From the IMG/VR virus record IMGVR_UViG_3300028840_007609: 64,000 bases of DNA; one strand, written 5' to 3'. Positions 34,931 to 44,253 of the stretch are shown piece by piece; position 1 is the first letter of the stretch, and the number at the start of each line of letters is the position of its first letter. The position numbers were made by a program, and so were the translations under genes. The notes under the pieces are model-generated. The model ran no database searches. It had not been told where the DNA came from and saw only the letters and a list, made by a program, of their open reading frames with translations. This DNA comes from a virus.

Positions 34931-37900
34931 TGGCCTTTAAAGGCCTCTCAGCCAAACAAATAAACCCAACTGAAACTCCAGAACTATTTCATCTTGGGAG
35001 ACAAGTTGACCCGTCTGTATTTCGGATTGATGCTGAATATAGCATTGGAGACGTGGTTACTTTCGGTGTTTATCATTTCTCTTCCAAGGTAGATAACAAT
35101 ATTGGAAATGCTCCTGATGTAGATTATAATGAAACATACTGGAGAGCAATTCCTAAAAACGCTGTCAAACAAGTCTATGACTTAGATACAGGAGAGTTGA
35201 TTTCTACCACTATCTATGATGCAACTTCCCTTGATGTTTCCTCAGAATTTAATGAAGGCATTGCTATCCGCAAAATGGCAGTTGGCGGAGACACCCAGGA
35301 TGTCCATGTCTATGATGATATTACGAAACTCTACCGTAACAATGATCTCGTTTGTGAATCCAAGGTTTACATGGACAAGAAGTCTCTTGCTTGGGAGAAT
35401 TACAACTTCGGCAAGACTACAGTAGAGAAAACAGACATTGGAGCTAAAGCCTCTAAGGATATAACCCCAAACAGCTTCAAGGTTGAAATCGACTCTGATG
35501 GTGGCGACCCGAAAACAACAAGAGTAAATAAGCAGAAGTACACCTTACAGGGAGATGCTGGAGACATCATTCGTTGTCGTTGGGAATTAAAGGCTTATAC
35601 TCTTGACGATTTAATTCTTGACTACTCTGACTATAAAGGCAACACTTCAGATACTGGATGGGTTTATAATGAAGCGGAGGAGTATTGGGAACGAACCATC
35701 ATCTTTGAGCCTGATGGAGTAATCGGGCAATTAACGATTGATCCTTACTTATCAATAACAGAACCAGCAAATTTTGTTGATGTAACTTGTGACGGATTTC
35801 TTTTCTCTTTGAGGACTGCGTCAAATACCTCATATGGCTTTCACCTTTACAATCTGGCAAAAACTGATAATTTTGGAACTCTTGGTTTTGGTTTGGGTGT
35901 TTCAATTAGTGGTGGCAACGATTACTTTACAGGCCGTGACCCAAATAAAGAAGTGATTATACAGGAAGACACTCCATCAAGAGTTGTTTTAAAATTGGCC
36001 TGCAATCTCTATGATACAACACCAACCGTTCTTGACAGTGATGATACAGTTGAAGTTATTTTTACTATATATCCTGATCGAGTTATTCAGCATGTTAAAT
36101 GGGTTAGTAATGCAAACCATACCCTTGACTCATCCTCGGGCAATCGTGTGGGATTTGGTCTTGGTTTCAGTAATCCTGTTGAAGAAAATGAAGATGATTA
36201 TGATGCTATGCTCGGAGACGAGGTGAATTTAATGATGATAGATGTTTATCATACAGATGATTCTCTCTTTAGGAAATATCATACAACGACTCAGCTTCAG
36301 TCAGATTGGTATAACGGAACAATAAATGCAGGAACGCATGAAATGGTTCTTTGTTGGATCATCGACTCCGCAGAGCGTGAAGGTGGTAAGCAGTATGATG
36401 GGAGTCAATATACGGCCAATGAAAAGTTCTCCGATGATTTCAGCGTAGGCAGTGTTCTCGGTTCTGATTGGGCGAATTTTGGCTCTCAAAATTTTGTTAT
36501 TGATAATGAGCAAGCAAAAGCAGGAACTACTTGGGACAACTGTATGGCTTATTATGATACTGAGTCTTTGAGTGATGATCATTGGGTGAAAGCTGATGTT
36601 AAAAATGAAGTTGATAGCAATGCGGAATGCGGTCTTTTCTGTCGATATCATGCAGTCAATGATACTGGATACTGTGTTTATTTTGGGACAAGTGGAAATA
36701 TAATAATTCGCTCATGGAATGGCTCAAATTTTACCTATGAAGACGAAAATACAACTCAATATCCGGCAGGCGTTTATGAAATAATGGTCAAAATTGTTGG
36801 AGATACATTACACCTTTATATTGATGATGTATTTAAAGAAGCTTTTGATATTAGCGGTTTCGCTAACTATTATTCGTCCGGCGGCTATGCTGGAATGAGG
36901 GCTGATTCTTCTTCCTCCCTTTATCCATATATTGACAATTTTTCCTGTGGTATCTTCTCCGCAGATGATCGACTCGCAATCGGAGCACATATAAAAGCAT
37001 CTGCTGATGGAGATGAAGATGCAACCATCAATACAGGTTCAGAGGTTACAGATCAAAATATCCCTGATATTCTCAACTCAGATGACGGCTTTGCTGCTGA
37101 TTTAGCAAGATGGATAGATCATGCAAGCAATGTGGTAAAATTGACCTTTCCGCAAACGGAGTACTTCCCCGCCGTTGTTCTCCCTAATTGGGGCATCAGA
37201 ACAGGAACGGTTGGAAGTGCTACGGAGCATTTGATTGGTCATTGGAAGTGTGATGATAATGCGGCGAGTACGACTATATCTGCAACAGTTGGGAGTGGTG
37301 TTGCTTTAGTTGGTGGAGACAATACTGAAGACAAATCTTCTTCTGATGCAGTTAGAGGAACATCGTTGCTTTTAAATGGAACTGATGATGGTATTAATCT
37401 GCTCGGTGGGGATAATGCCATAAACGATCTTTCGTCAGAAGATGAGTGGACAATTTTAATCACCGCAAAAGCTAATTTTTCTGTGGGAGACGGAGATCAA
37501 GGATTATTTGGCGCTTATGGTGGTGGGGATTATGTGCAGATAGACTTTAATGATACAGGAGATCAAGTATACTTTCGTAATTTATTAGGCTCTTTGAATG
37601 AGTCTATAATATCTCCTGTTATGACCAGTAATGAATTACAACAATTTAATGTTTATGGTCTTCATTTGAATGCAACAGAAGGGGTAATGTATGCAAGTAT
37701 AAACGGAAAAATTATAGGGGCAGTAAATGGCACAATGACTTGGGCTGGCTCTATTTCCATTTGTGAAATTGGGATTACTCCATTTAATACATATGGTGCT
37801 TGGTATATTGACGAAGTAAAACTTTACAACGGCTGCCTCCTGCCCAACACAGCATATTTCACAGGCAATGGAGAAGTTAATACGGATGTTGCTCATACTG

Positions 37901-38562
37901 ATTTACTTTGCTACTTGGATTTTGAAGGTGCAACTGAAACAATAAGAAAGACTTGTAAAATAAGCGTAGTTGAGGGCAGTCTTAACGGTTCAGCCGCAAT
38001 AAATACAGATGCGGTGGTTGTAAGCACTTATGGGTTCGATTCTGGTGGAACTTTTAATGATTATTTTTCTATAACAGTTACATCAAGCAACATAATAAAC
38101 CCCAAAAAAGGAAGCATTTCAATGATAATTAATTTTAATGCTTCCGTAGCTAATTATACACCTTTTTGGGGGTTTGGAGATGCTGATGATTATATACGGT
38201 TAACTACCGGCAATGGAGTAATAATTGCTCAATATAGGAGCCAGTCAACAACTGAAGCAGTTACAGGATCAATCAGCATCTCTACAAATACTGTTTATTT
38301 TATTAAAATGGATTGGGACGATGCTGACGGAGACGGTATATTAGAACTTTTTATAAATAACATATCAGAAGGAACAGACACAATCGCCAATGCGTGGGAT
38401 GGTATAACTTCTGGAACTATGTATTTTGGAACTGATTATGGTACTGGATCGGGGCAAGACATTTGGATAGATCAAGTCTTCATCACCTCCGACCCCAACA
38501 CTCCCCAAATCCCGACAATCTTCGGCACTCCGATTCATGTACCTTTATTGAGGACAGGATAA
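34930..38562 (+). CDS. giant virion-associated protein with LamG/concanavalin-like domains (1210 aa)
   Basis: Uninterrupted ORF. LamG-type signatures YIDEVKLYNG and WIDQVFITS. The N-terminal motif Y.IGD.V.....Y......W is CBM5/12-like. Confidence 0.8.
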   Translation: MAFKGLSAKQINPTETPELFHLGRQVDPSVFRIDAEYSIGDVVTFGVYHFSSKVDNNIGNAPDVDYNETYWRAIPKNAVKQVYDLDTGELISTTIYDATSLDVSSEFNEGIAIRKMAVGGDTQDVHVYDDITKLYRNNDLVCESKVYMDKKSLAWENYNFGKTTVEKTDIGAKASKDITPNSFKVEIDSDGGDPKTTRVNKQKYTLQGDAGDIIRCRWELKAYTLDDLILDYSDYKGNTSDTGWVYNEAEEYWERTIIFEPDGVIGQLTIDPYLSITEPANFVDVTCDGFLFSLRTASNTSYGFHLYNLAKTDNFGTLGFGLGVSISGGNDYFTGRDPNKEVIIQEDTPSRVVLKLACNLYDTTPTVLDSDDTVEVIFTIYPDRVIQHVKWVSNANHTLDSSSGNRVGFGLGFSNPVEENEDDYDAMLGDEVNLMMIDVYHTDDSLFRKYHTTTQLQSDWYNGTINAGTHEMVLCWIIDSAEREGGKQYDGSQYTANEKFSDDFSVGSVLGSDWANFGSQNFVIDNEQAKAGTTWDNCMAYYDTESLSDDHWVKADVKNEVDSNAECGLFCRYHAVNDTGYCVYFGTSGNIIIRSWNGSNFTYEDENTTQYPAGVYEIMVKIVGDTLHLYIDDVFKEAFDISGFANYYSSGGYAGMRADSSSSLYPYIDNFSCGIFSADDRLAIGAHIKASADGDEDATINTGSEVTDQNIPDILNSDDGFAADLARWIDHASNVVKLTFPQTEYFPAVVLPNWGIRTGTVGSATEHLIGHWKCDDNAASTTISATVGSGVALVGGDNTEDKSSSDAVRGTSLLLNGTDDGINLLGGDNAINDLSSEDEWTILITAKANFSVGDGDQGLFGAYGGGDYVQIDFNDTGDQVYFRNLLGSLNESIISPVMTSNELQQFNVYGLHLNATEGVMYASINGKIIGAVNGTMTWAGSISICEIGITPFNTYGAWYIDEVKLYNGCLLPNTAYFTGNGEVNTDVAHTDLLCYLDFEGATETIRKTCKISVVEGSLNGSAAINTDAVVVSTYGFDSGGTFNDYFSITVTSSNIINPKKGSISMIINFNASVANYTPFWGFGDADDYIRLTTGNGVIIAQYRSQSTTEAVTGSISISTNTVYFIKMDWDDADGDGILELFINNISEGTDTIANAWDGITSGTMYFGTDYGTGSGQDIWIDQVFITSDPNTPQIPTIFGTPIHVPLLRTG

Positions 38563-38691
38563 ATGAAAAACCTTAAACGAATATTGGTCATTGTAAGCTT
38601 TCCTTTTCTTGTTGGTTCTTTTCTTATCTTGGGTCTTGTAACTGGAGGAGAGAACAACATTGATATAAAAAGATGGTTGGAGCTGAAGTAA
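38563..38691 (+). CDS. small membrane protein (42 aa)
   Basis: Hand-translated as MKNLKRILVIVSFPFLVGSFLILGLV...; tightly coupled on both sides. Confidence 0.45.
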   Translation: MKNLKRILVIVSFPFLVGSFLILGLVTGGENNIDIKRWLELK

Positions 38692-39603
38692 ATGGCAGAA
38701 GAACAGCAATACGGCAATGGATACGAAACAGTCTGGACTCCCAGCGGATGGCTTGTAACTACTGATAACACAGTATCCGCTGACGATTACTGGGAGTTTG
38801 CGGATAGTTTTGCATTGCCGGCAACTGCTGTAAGCCTGTCAGGTACTGGTACAATTATTACTGTTACGTCAGGACCGTCGCTATCTGTCAACCGTTCGTT
38901 TTCAGGATCAGGCTCACTCACAACAATCACATCGTCTGTTATTTTAGAAATTTTAAGACAGCTTTCAGCTACAGGCGCAATATCAACGACAACATCAGCC
39001 CCTGAGCTTACTCTAAATATACAGCTGTCAGGAACCGGTGCTATTGTTACGGTTACATCTTCGGCAATTCTGGAAATACTAAGACAGCTGTCAGGCACTG
39101 GCAGTATAATAACATCCACTTCTATTCCCGGGTTTCCGATAAAAAGACCACTTTCAGCCACCGGTACAGTAGTTTCGCTAACTTCAAATCCAATTTTAGA
39201 GATTCTGAGACAGCTGTCCGGAACAGGAAATATAATAACATCGACTTCGAGCCCGGCCTTGGCTATTTTGAAACAGCTGGCAGCAGCCGGTGCAATGTCA
39301 TCTTCAACATCATCGGTAATCTTATCGATATTAAAGCAATTGTCAGCAACAGGTTCTATTTTAAGCAGCACTTCCAATATAATTCTTGAAATCTTAAGGC
39401 AACTGTCAGGAACAGGAAATATTTTAACAACAACGTCTGATTTCAACCTTTTAACAACGATGCTCGGACTGGTTGAAGACACGGCGATAACACCACAAAC
39501 TACATATGCAATCAGTTCGAGCACTGGTGAATTGACAATTGTTGCACAATCAGGCTACAGTATAACGATCGCAACACCAGAAAAAACCATATCGGAGGCA
39601 TAA
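38692..39603 (+). CDS. virion protein with 10 tandem 21-aa repeats
   Basis: LSGTGxIxTxTSxxILEILRQ periodicity across residues 49-254. Confidence 0.75.
   Translation: MAEEQQYGNGYETVWTPSGWLVTTDNTVSADDYWEFADSFALPATAVSLSGTGTIITVTSGPSLSVNRSFSGSGSLTTITSSVILEILRQLSATGAISTTTSAPELTLNIQLSGTGAIVTVTSSAILEILRQLSGTGSIITSTSIPGFPIKRPLSATGTVVSLTSNPILEILRQLSGTGNIITSTSSPALAILKQLAAAGAMSSSTSSVILSILKQLSATGSILSSTSNIILEILRQLSGTGNILTTTSDFNLLTTMLGLVEDTAITPQTTYAISSSTGELTIVAQSGYSITIATPEKTISEA
38836..39453 (+). repeat. about 10 x 63-bp coding tandem repeat
   Basis: Derived from the protein periodicity. The antisense strand is also open because of the repeat. Confidence 0.85.
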
Positions 39604-39604
39604 A

Positions 39605-40408
39605 ATGGGAACTATTTCTGATTATCTTGAAAACGAGCTCCTGGATCATATATTCAATGCTGACTACACACCGGCGGCCACTGTATATATCGGTCTTGGA
39701 ACCAGCGTTGACGATGAAAGTCTAACCGGCGAGCCGTCCGGAGATGGCTATGCAAGAGAGGCAATTGCATTTGATGCAGCATCCAGCAGAAAAGTTGAAA
39801 ATTCTGCCCAGATTTCATTCGGACCGGCGTCAGGGGGAAACTGGGGTGAATTGTCGGTATGGGCTATTTTTGATGCTGAGACTGACGGCAACATGCTGGC
39901 CCACGGCAGCCTTTCAACTGCAAAAACTGTTTACGACGGAAACACTCCCAAAATCGCTGCACAGGAAGTTGATATTGAATTTTCTTCCGGTGTAATATCT
40001 ACCACCTGGGCGCACAATCTTCTGAACCGCGCTTTCAGAAACATCACGGTTGGAACCGGGAAGCCCGATACCTACGTCGCGCTGTGCACATCAGCACCGG
40101 TCGATGCTGACACCGACATTACGGCCAAGGAACCGTCCGGAAACGGGTATCTCAGAGAAATCGTAAATGAAAACGGCGGCTCTTCACCGACCTGGGACGC
40201 TGCGGCAAGCGGCGCCCTCGACAATACTCACTTAATTCAATTTGACACACCTTCCGGCAGCTGGGGAACGTTATCACATGTGGCTATTTGCTCTGCATTA
40301 ACTGCCGGGAATTTAATATGCTGGGCATCACTTGACAGCAGCGAAGCCGTCACAACAGATGACGATGTTGAATTCGCGATAGGCGACCTGGACTGGACGC
40401 TGTCATAA
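39605..40408 (+). CDS. virion protein with internal duplication (267 aa)
   Basis: The two halves align: EPSGDGYAREAIAF... with EPSGNGYLREIVNE... Confidence 0.7.
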   Translation: MGTISDYLENELLDHIFNADYTPAATVYIGLGTSVDDESLTGEPSGDGYAREAIAFDAASSRKVENSAQISFGPASGGNWGELSVWAIFDAETDGNMLAHGSLSTAKTVYDGNTPKIAAQEVDIEFSSGVISTTWAHNLLNRAFRNITVGTGKPDTYVALCTSAPVDADTDITAKEPSGNGYLREIVNENGGSSPTWDAAASGALDNTHLIQFDTPSGSWGTLSHVAICSALTAGNLICWASLDSSEAVTTDDDVEFAIGDLDWTLS

Positions 40409-40420
40409 CAGGAGGCAGGA

Positions 40421-40744
40421 ATGGAAACTTTTTATATTGGCAAAGACAATGCCAGCAAACTGCTGCTGTCTAACGACGGTGTGGCGCAGGACATCTCGTC
40501 GCTCACAAAAGTTGAGGTCAGGTATGACGGAACAACATACAGTTCTGAAGATTATGCCGATGCTTTCGACTGGACTACGTATGGCGAAGATGGGTATTTA
40601 ATCTTAAAAATGGGCCTCATATCAGCAATAACGGAATCAGGAATGGACATTGCAGCGGAAATAATTGCATATGATTCCGACAATATAAACGGCATTGTAT
40701 GGGGCACATTCGAAGTTGAAATGAAGGATCTTTCCGAAGAATAA
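40421..40744 (+). CDS. hypothetical protein (107 aa)
   Basis: CAGGAGG SD. Confidence 0.65.
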   Translation: METFYIGKDNASKLLLSNDGVAQDISSLTKVEVRYDGTTYSSEDYADAFDWTTYGEDGYLILKMGLISAITESGMDIAAEIIAYDSDNINGIVWGTFEVEMKDLSEE

Positions 40745-40755
40745 AAGGGGGAGCT

Positions 40756-41262
40756 ATGGCCAGACTGGTAACAACGGCCGGATCAGCGTCTGCAAACAGT
40801 TATTGCAGTATATCTGAAGCCGAGGACTATTTTATTGACAGGCTGCACAAGTCTGACTGGTCAGGCGCATCAGGATCTGAAAAACAGGCCGGCCTGATCT
40901 GGGCGACAAGATTGCTGGATGAAATTTGTGATTGGCACGGAATAAAAGTAACAGACGCACAGGCGCTCAGGTGGCCACGAAACTATGTGACAGATCCCGA
41001 CGGATACCTGCTTGAATCAGACGAAATTCCGGTATTTTTGAAACGCGCAACTGCGGAATTTGCCATGTACCTCATAGCCGAGGACCGCACCCTGGAAACC
41101 AACCGGGGCTTGATGGGATTCAAGTCAATAAAAGTAGACGTAATATCACTCACAATCGACAAGGCAAAAGCAAAAAAATTAATGCCGCCGTCTGTATGGA
41201 CCATGGTGCGGCCGTATGCGGCATACAAAGGTACGGGACAAAGAACAACCGTGAGGGTCTAA
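40756..41262 (+). CDS. head-tail connector (gp6-like)
   Basis: Call rests on position and size; the N-terminal pattern SEAEDYF is typical. Confidence 0.55.
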   Translation: MARLVTTAGSASANSYCSISEAEDYFIDRLHKSDWSGASGSEKQAGLIWATRLLDEICDWHGIKVTDAQALRWPRNYVTDPDGYLLESDEIPVFLKRATAEFAMYLIAEDRTLETNRGLMGFKSIKVDVISLTIDKAKAKKLMPPSVWTMVRPYAAYKGTGQRTTVRV

Positions 41263-41263
41263 A

Positions 41264-41620
41264 ATGAGCCTTGATACTGATATTCAGAATATAGTGCAGC
41301 AAGTTTTTGCATCTATGTCAGACTTCAGAACTGCAATAACTTATACATCAAAATCAGTAAGTTACAACATAGCAACGGGACAGGTTACAGACTCTGACAC
41401 AGCCTACAGCGTAAATGCAATCTTGACGAAATACAGCCAACGGGATATTGATGGAATTACCGTGCATGCAAATGACAGAAAAGTGCTTATTCCGGTAAAC
41501 GACCTAACCCCGGTCCCGGTATTAAAGGATCAGATAATAATAGTCAATATTGTTTGGAACGTCATTGGCATTCAGCAGGACCCGGTGGCAGCCCTTTGGA
41601 TACTTCAGATCAGGCGCTAA
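41264..41620 (+). CDS. head closure / head-tail adaptor protein
   Basis: Synteny only. Confidence 0.5.
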   Translation: MSLDTDIQNIVQQVFASMSDFRTAITYTSKSVSYNIATGQVTDSDTAYSVNAILTKYSQRDIDGITVHANDRKVLIPVNDLTPVPVLKDQIIIVNIVWNVIGIQQDPVAALWILQIRR

Positions 41621-41621
41621 C

Positions 41622-42083
41622 ATGGCAAAAGATATATTTGCAAAAGACAAGAAAAAGATCGAACGGGCCCTGCAGTATTCAATGCAGGACCTGGCAGAAG
41701 AAGCAGCTGGTGTGCTGACCAGGATAAGCCCGATACAAACAGGTGAATACATTAGAAGTTTCACGGCAGGCATTACAAAGCAAAAGCTTGGAAATGTTCC
41801 AAGAAAAGAGCCGATTAATACTGGTCATATGTCACAGACTACCAAAGCCTCTCTCAGAGAATCAGAAAAAGAAAAACTGGCACGCAGACTCAAAGGTCTG
41901 GTTACGAGACTCCCCGGCAAGACAATATCAATTGGAAATATCGCTGGGCACGCGCTGATAGTTGAACTTCTGGGCTGGCCAAAATCTCCGCCATATCACA
42001 CATTCTCAAGGGCCATACTGTACCTTGAAGGACGCAAAAAACAAATTTGCAGAAAAGCTGTAAAAAGGGCGTTTAAAATATGA
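41622..42083 (+). CDS. HK97 gp10-like tail-attachment protein
   Basis: ORF 41550..42083, ATG at 41622. Pattern ISPIQTGEYIRSF. Confidence 0.55.
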   Translation: MAKDIFAKDKKKIERALQYSMQDLAEEAAGVLTRISPIQTGEYIRSFTAGITKQKLGNVPRKEPINTGHMSQTTKASLRESEKEKLARRLKGLVTRLPGKTISIGNIAGHALIVELLGWPKSPPYHTFSRAILYLEGRKKQICRKAVKRAFKI

Positions 42084-42478
42084 CAGCGCAGGCAGATCAA
42101 ATAGCAATCGAAAACCGGTTCGGCACGCTATTTACGGCCGTACAGGTAAAATATGCTAATGTCGACACATTCGTACCGGACGATGACGAAACATGGTGCG
42201 AATTATTCATAACGATCGCCGATTCAAGGCGCGCAAGCATTGGCGATGATGATAAACTTCACAGAACTACCGGGGTGATCTCGGTAAATGTATATGTTCC
42301 TAAAGGCACCGGGACGGTAAACGGCAAGGCCATTGCAGATACGGCCGCTGCCATCTTCAGGGACGCTCAATTTTCAGGGATTACATGCCGCAGTCCAGCA
42401 ATAACCGACATTGGGGAAGTGGAAAACTGGTATGTAATTAACATGACGGTCCCGTTTCAGCGGGACGAGCTGTTTTAA
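42080..42478 (+). CDS. tail terminator/completion protein
   Basis: Synteny only; lies directly upstream of the tail tube gene. Confidence 0.5.
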   Translation: MTAQADQIAIENRFGTLFTAVQVKYANVDTFVPDDDETWCELFITIADSRRASIGDDDKLHRTTGVISVNVYVPKGTGTVNGKAIADTAAAIFRDAQFSGITCRSPAITDIGEVENWYVINMTVPFQRDELF

Positions 42479-42496
42479 TATCCCAAGGAGGGCAAC

Positions 42497-43414
42497 ATGA
42501 GTGACTCAAACCGTGCCGCCCTGCGGTACATACAAGAAGTAACCTGGAACTCACTTCCCGGCACACCAACCATGACTCCAATCAGATTCACGGAAGAAGA
42601 TCTTAACGCGTCGGTTGAAAACATTGTTTCCAGGGAAATCAGAAACGACAGGATGACCACGGATCTTGTCCAGGTATCACGTCAAAACAACGGCGGGTTT
42701 CAATTCGAGCTGTCTTACGGGACGTTTGACACGCTCTTGCAGGGAGCCCTGTTCGGCACGTGGGCAGCGAATGTGCTTAAAAACGGCACCACAGAGTATT
42801 CGTACTCAATCGAAAAAGCGTTTCTCGACATTGACGAATATTTTCTGTATACAGGCATGGTTGTTAATTCGTTCAACCTGAATCTGGCAACCGGTGCTAT
42901 CTGCACAGGCGGGTTTAACTTCATGGGGTCAACTGCCACGCTTCAGCAGACCTCTAATGCAAACTCGGTATCAGCGGCCAATACGAACGATATCATCAAC
43001 TGCATGGCTGATGTGGCCAGCCTTCAGGAAGGCTCGCCCCTGACAACGCTTACCGGTATTTATATCCAGGAGCTGTCGTTCAATATCAACAACAACCTGC
43101 GGCCTGTATCTCAAATAGGTTCGAATACACTCGCAGATGTCGGCATAGGTAAAATGGACATCACGGGAACACTTAACGCCTATTTCACAAGCGATCGATT
43201 ATTCGACAAATTTCTGGCAGGAACAGCGTCCAAGATCTCGTTTCAATTAACTGACGGTGTAAACACTTACACAGTTTTGTTTCCGAACGTTAAATTCGAA
43301 ACTGAAAACATCTCGAACTCAGGCCAGGATTCAGACATCATTGAAAACATCAGCTGGCGGGCACTTCGTGACGCAACCGAAGATGCCATGATAAAAATTA
43401 CACGGTCCGGCTAA
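42497..43414 (+). CDS. major tail tube protein
   Basis: AAGGAGG SD; 305 aa; lies upstream of the chaperone pair and the tape measure. Confidence 0.65.
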   Translation: MSDSNRAALRYIQEVTWNSLPGTPTMTPIRFTEEDLNASVENIVSREIRNDRMTTDLVQVSRQNNGGFQFELSYGTFDTLLQGALFGTWAANVLKNGTTEYSYSIEKAFLDIDEYFLYTGMVVNSFNLNLATGAICTGGFNFMGSTATLQQTSNANSVSAANTNDIINCMADVASLQEGSPLTTLTGIYIQELSFNINNNLRPVSQIGSNTLADVGIGKMDITGTLNAYFTSDRLFDKFLAGTASKISFQLTDGVNTYTVLFPNVKFETENISNSGQDSDIIENISWRALRDATEDAMIKITRSG

Positions 43415-43420
43415 AAGCAT

Positions 43421-43476
43421 CGGGCACCAAGCACGGGGCACCTGTCCCCGTGCGGGTGACCTGTGTGCGGTGCCCG
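43421..43476 (+). terminator. nested GC-rich hairpin (attenuator-like) after the tail tube gene
   Basis: Outer stem CGGGCACC/GGTGCCCG and inner stem GCACGGGG/CCCCGTGC; no T-run. Confidence 0.4.
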
Positions 43477-43504
43477 GCCACTACTACACGGGGGAGACAT
43501 TAAA

Positions 43505-43936
43505 ATGGACTTCAAGTCTTTGGAAGAAAATTATCAAACAGATGAAAAAAAATCCACTGAAGGAATTGAAATCGTTGTTGGAATCAACGCTCTTGAGCAA
43601 CCAATTACAATGATTGTCGCACAGGCAGGGAACCCAAAACACCGGGAAATACAACGAAAATATGAAGCGGCGCTTGAGCGTGCGCGAAAAAGTGAAAAAA
43701 AACGTACGCTTGTAATGGCAAAAATAACAGCCGAATCGATTTTAAAAAATTGGCACGGTGTTCTTGACAGCGAAAAAAATGAAATACCGTACACAGTTGA
43801 TGTTGGCACTGAGGCGCTAATAAGATATGAACAATTATTTCTTGAAATATTAGAAGCTTCAAACAACCCGAGCAATTTCGGACTTGAAGAAATTGAAGAA
43901 ATCGAGGAAACGGAAAAAAACTCACTGACGTCCTGA
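43505..43936 (+). CDS. tail assembly chaperone (gpG-like)
   Basis: GGGGAG SD; acidic C-terminus; slippery site near the 3' end. Confidence 0.7.
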   Translation: MDFKSLEENYQTDEKKSTEGIEIVVGINALEQPITMIVAQAGNPKHREIQRKYEAALERARKSEKKRTLVMAKITAESILKNWHGVLDSEKNEIPYTVDVGTEALIRYEQLFLEILEASNNPSNFGLEEIEEIEETEKNSLTS

Positions 43937-44253
43937 AATGGACGATAAAATACGCAAAGCATTTAGAATTCTTTGAAAACCTTGAACGCGAGGGACACCA
44001 TGTGCCGGCCATGGATACCCGGCCGGAACTGCTCCCGGATCTTGAAAGTTCTTACGAAATATTCTGGGAGTTGTCGCCATCAAGAAACGTCGATTCCATG
44101 ACAGGCTTTGTTGGAAGCATTCCATACTATGAAATATCGGCGTATTTCAGACTTTACAGAATAAAACATTACGACAAACTCCTTGAACGCATCAAAATAA
44201 TTGATCGAATCTACAGGGGAATAATAAATGGGCGACATAGATCTAAACCTTAA
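43505..44253 (+). CDS. tail assembly chaperone -1 frameshift product (gpGT-like)
   Basis: A -1 shift at 43915-43921 joins this frame to the open frame ending at 44253. Confidence 0.6.
43915..43921 (+). promoter_or_regulatory. -1 programmed frameshift slippery heptamer A_AAA_AAC
   Basis: The zero-frame codons are gaA AAA AAC, 15 nt before the G stop. Confidence 0.6.

Noticed and set aside
38787-39524. 245-aa minus-strand ORF
   Set aside because: It is antisense to the 63-bp repeat gene and is open only because of repeat periodicity. It has no SD, and the + frame fits the virion operon.
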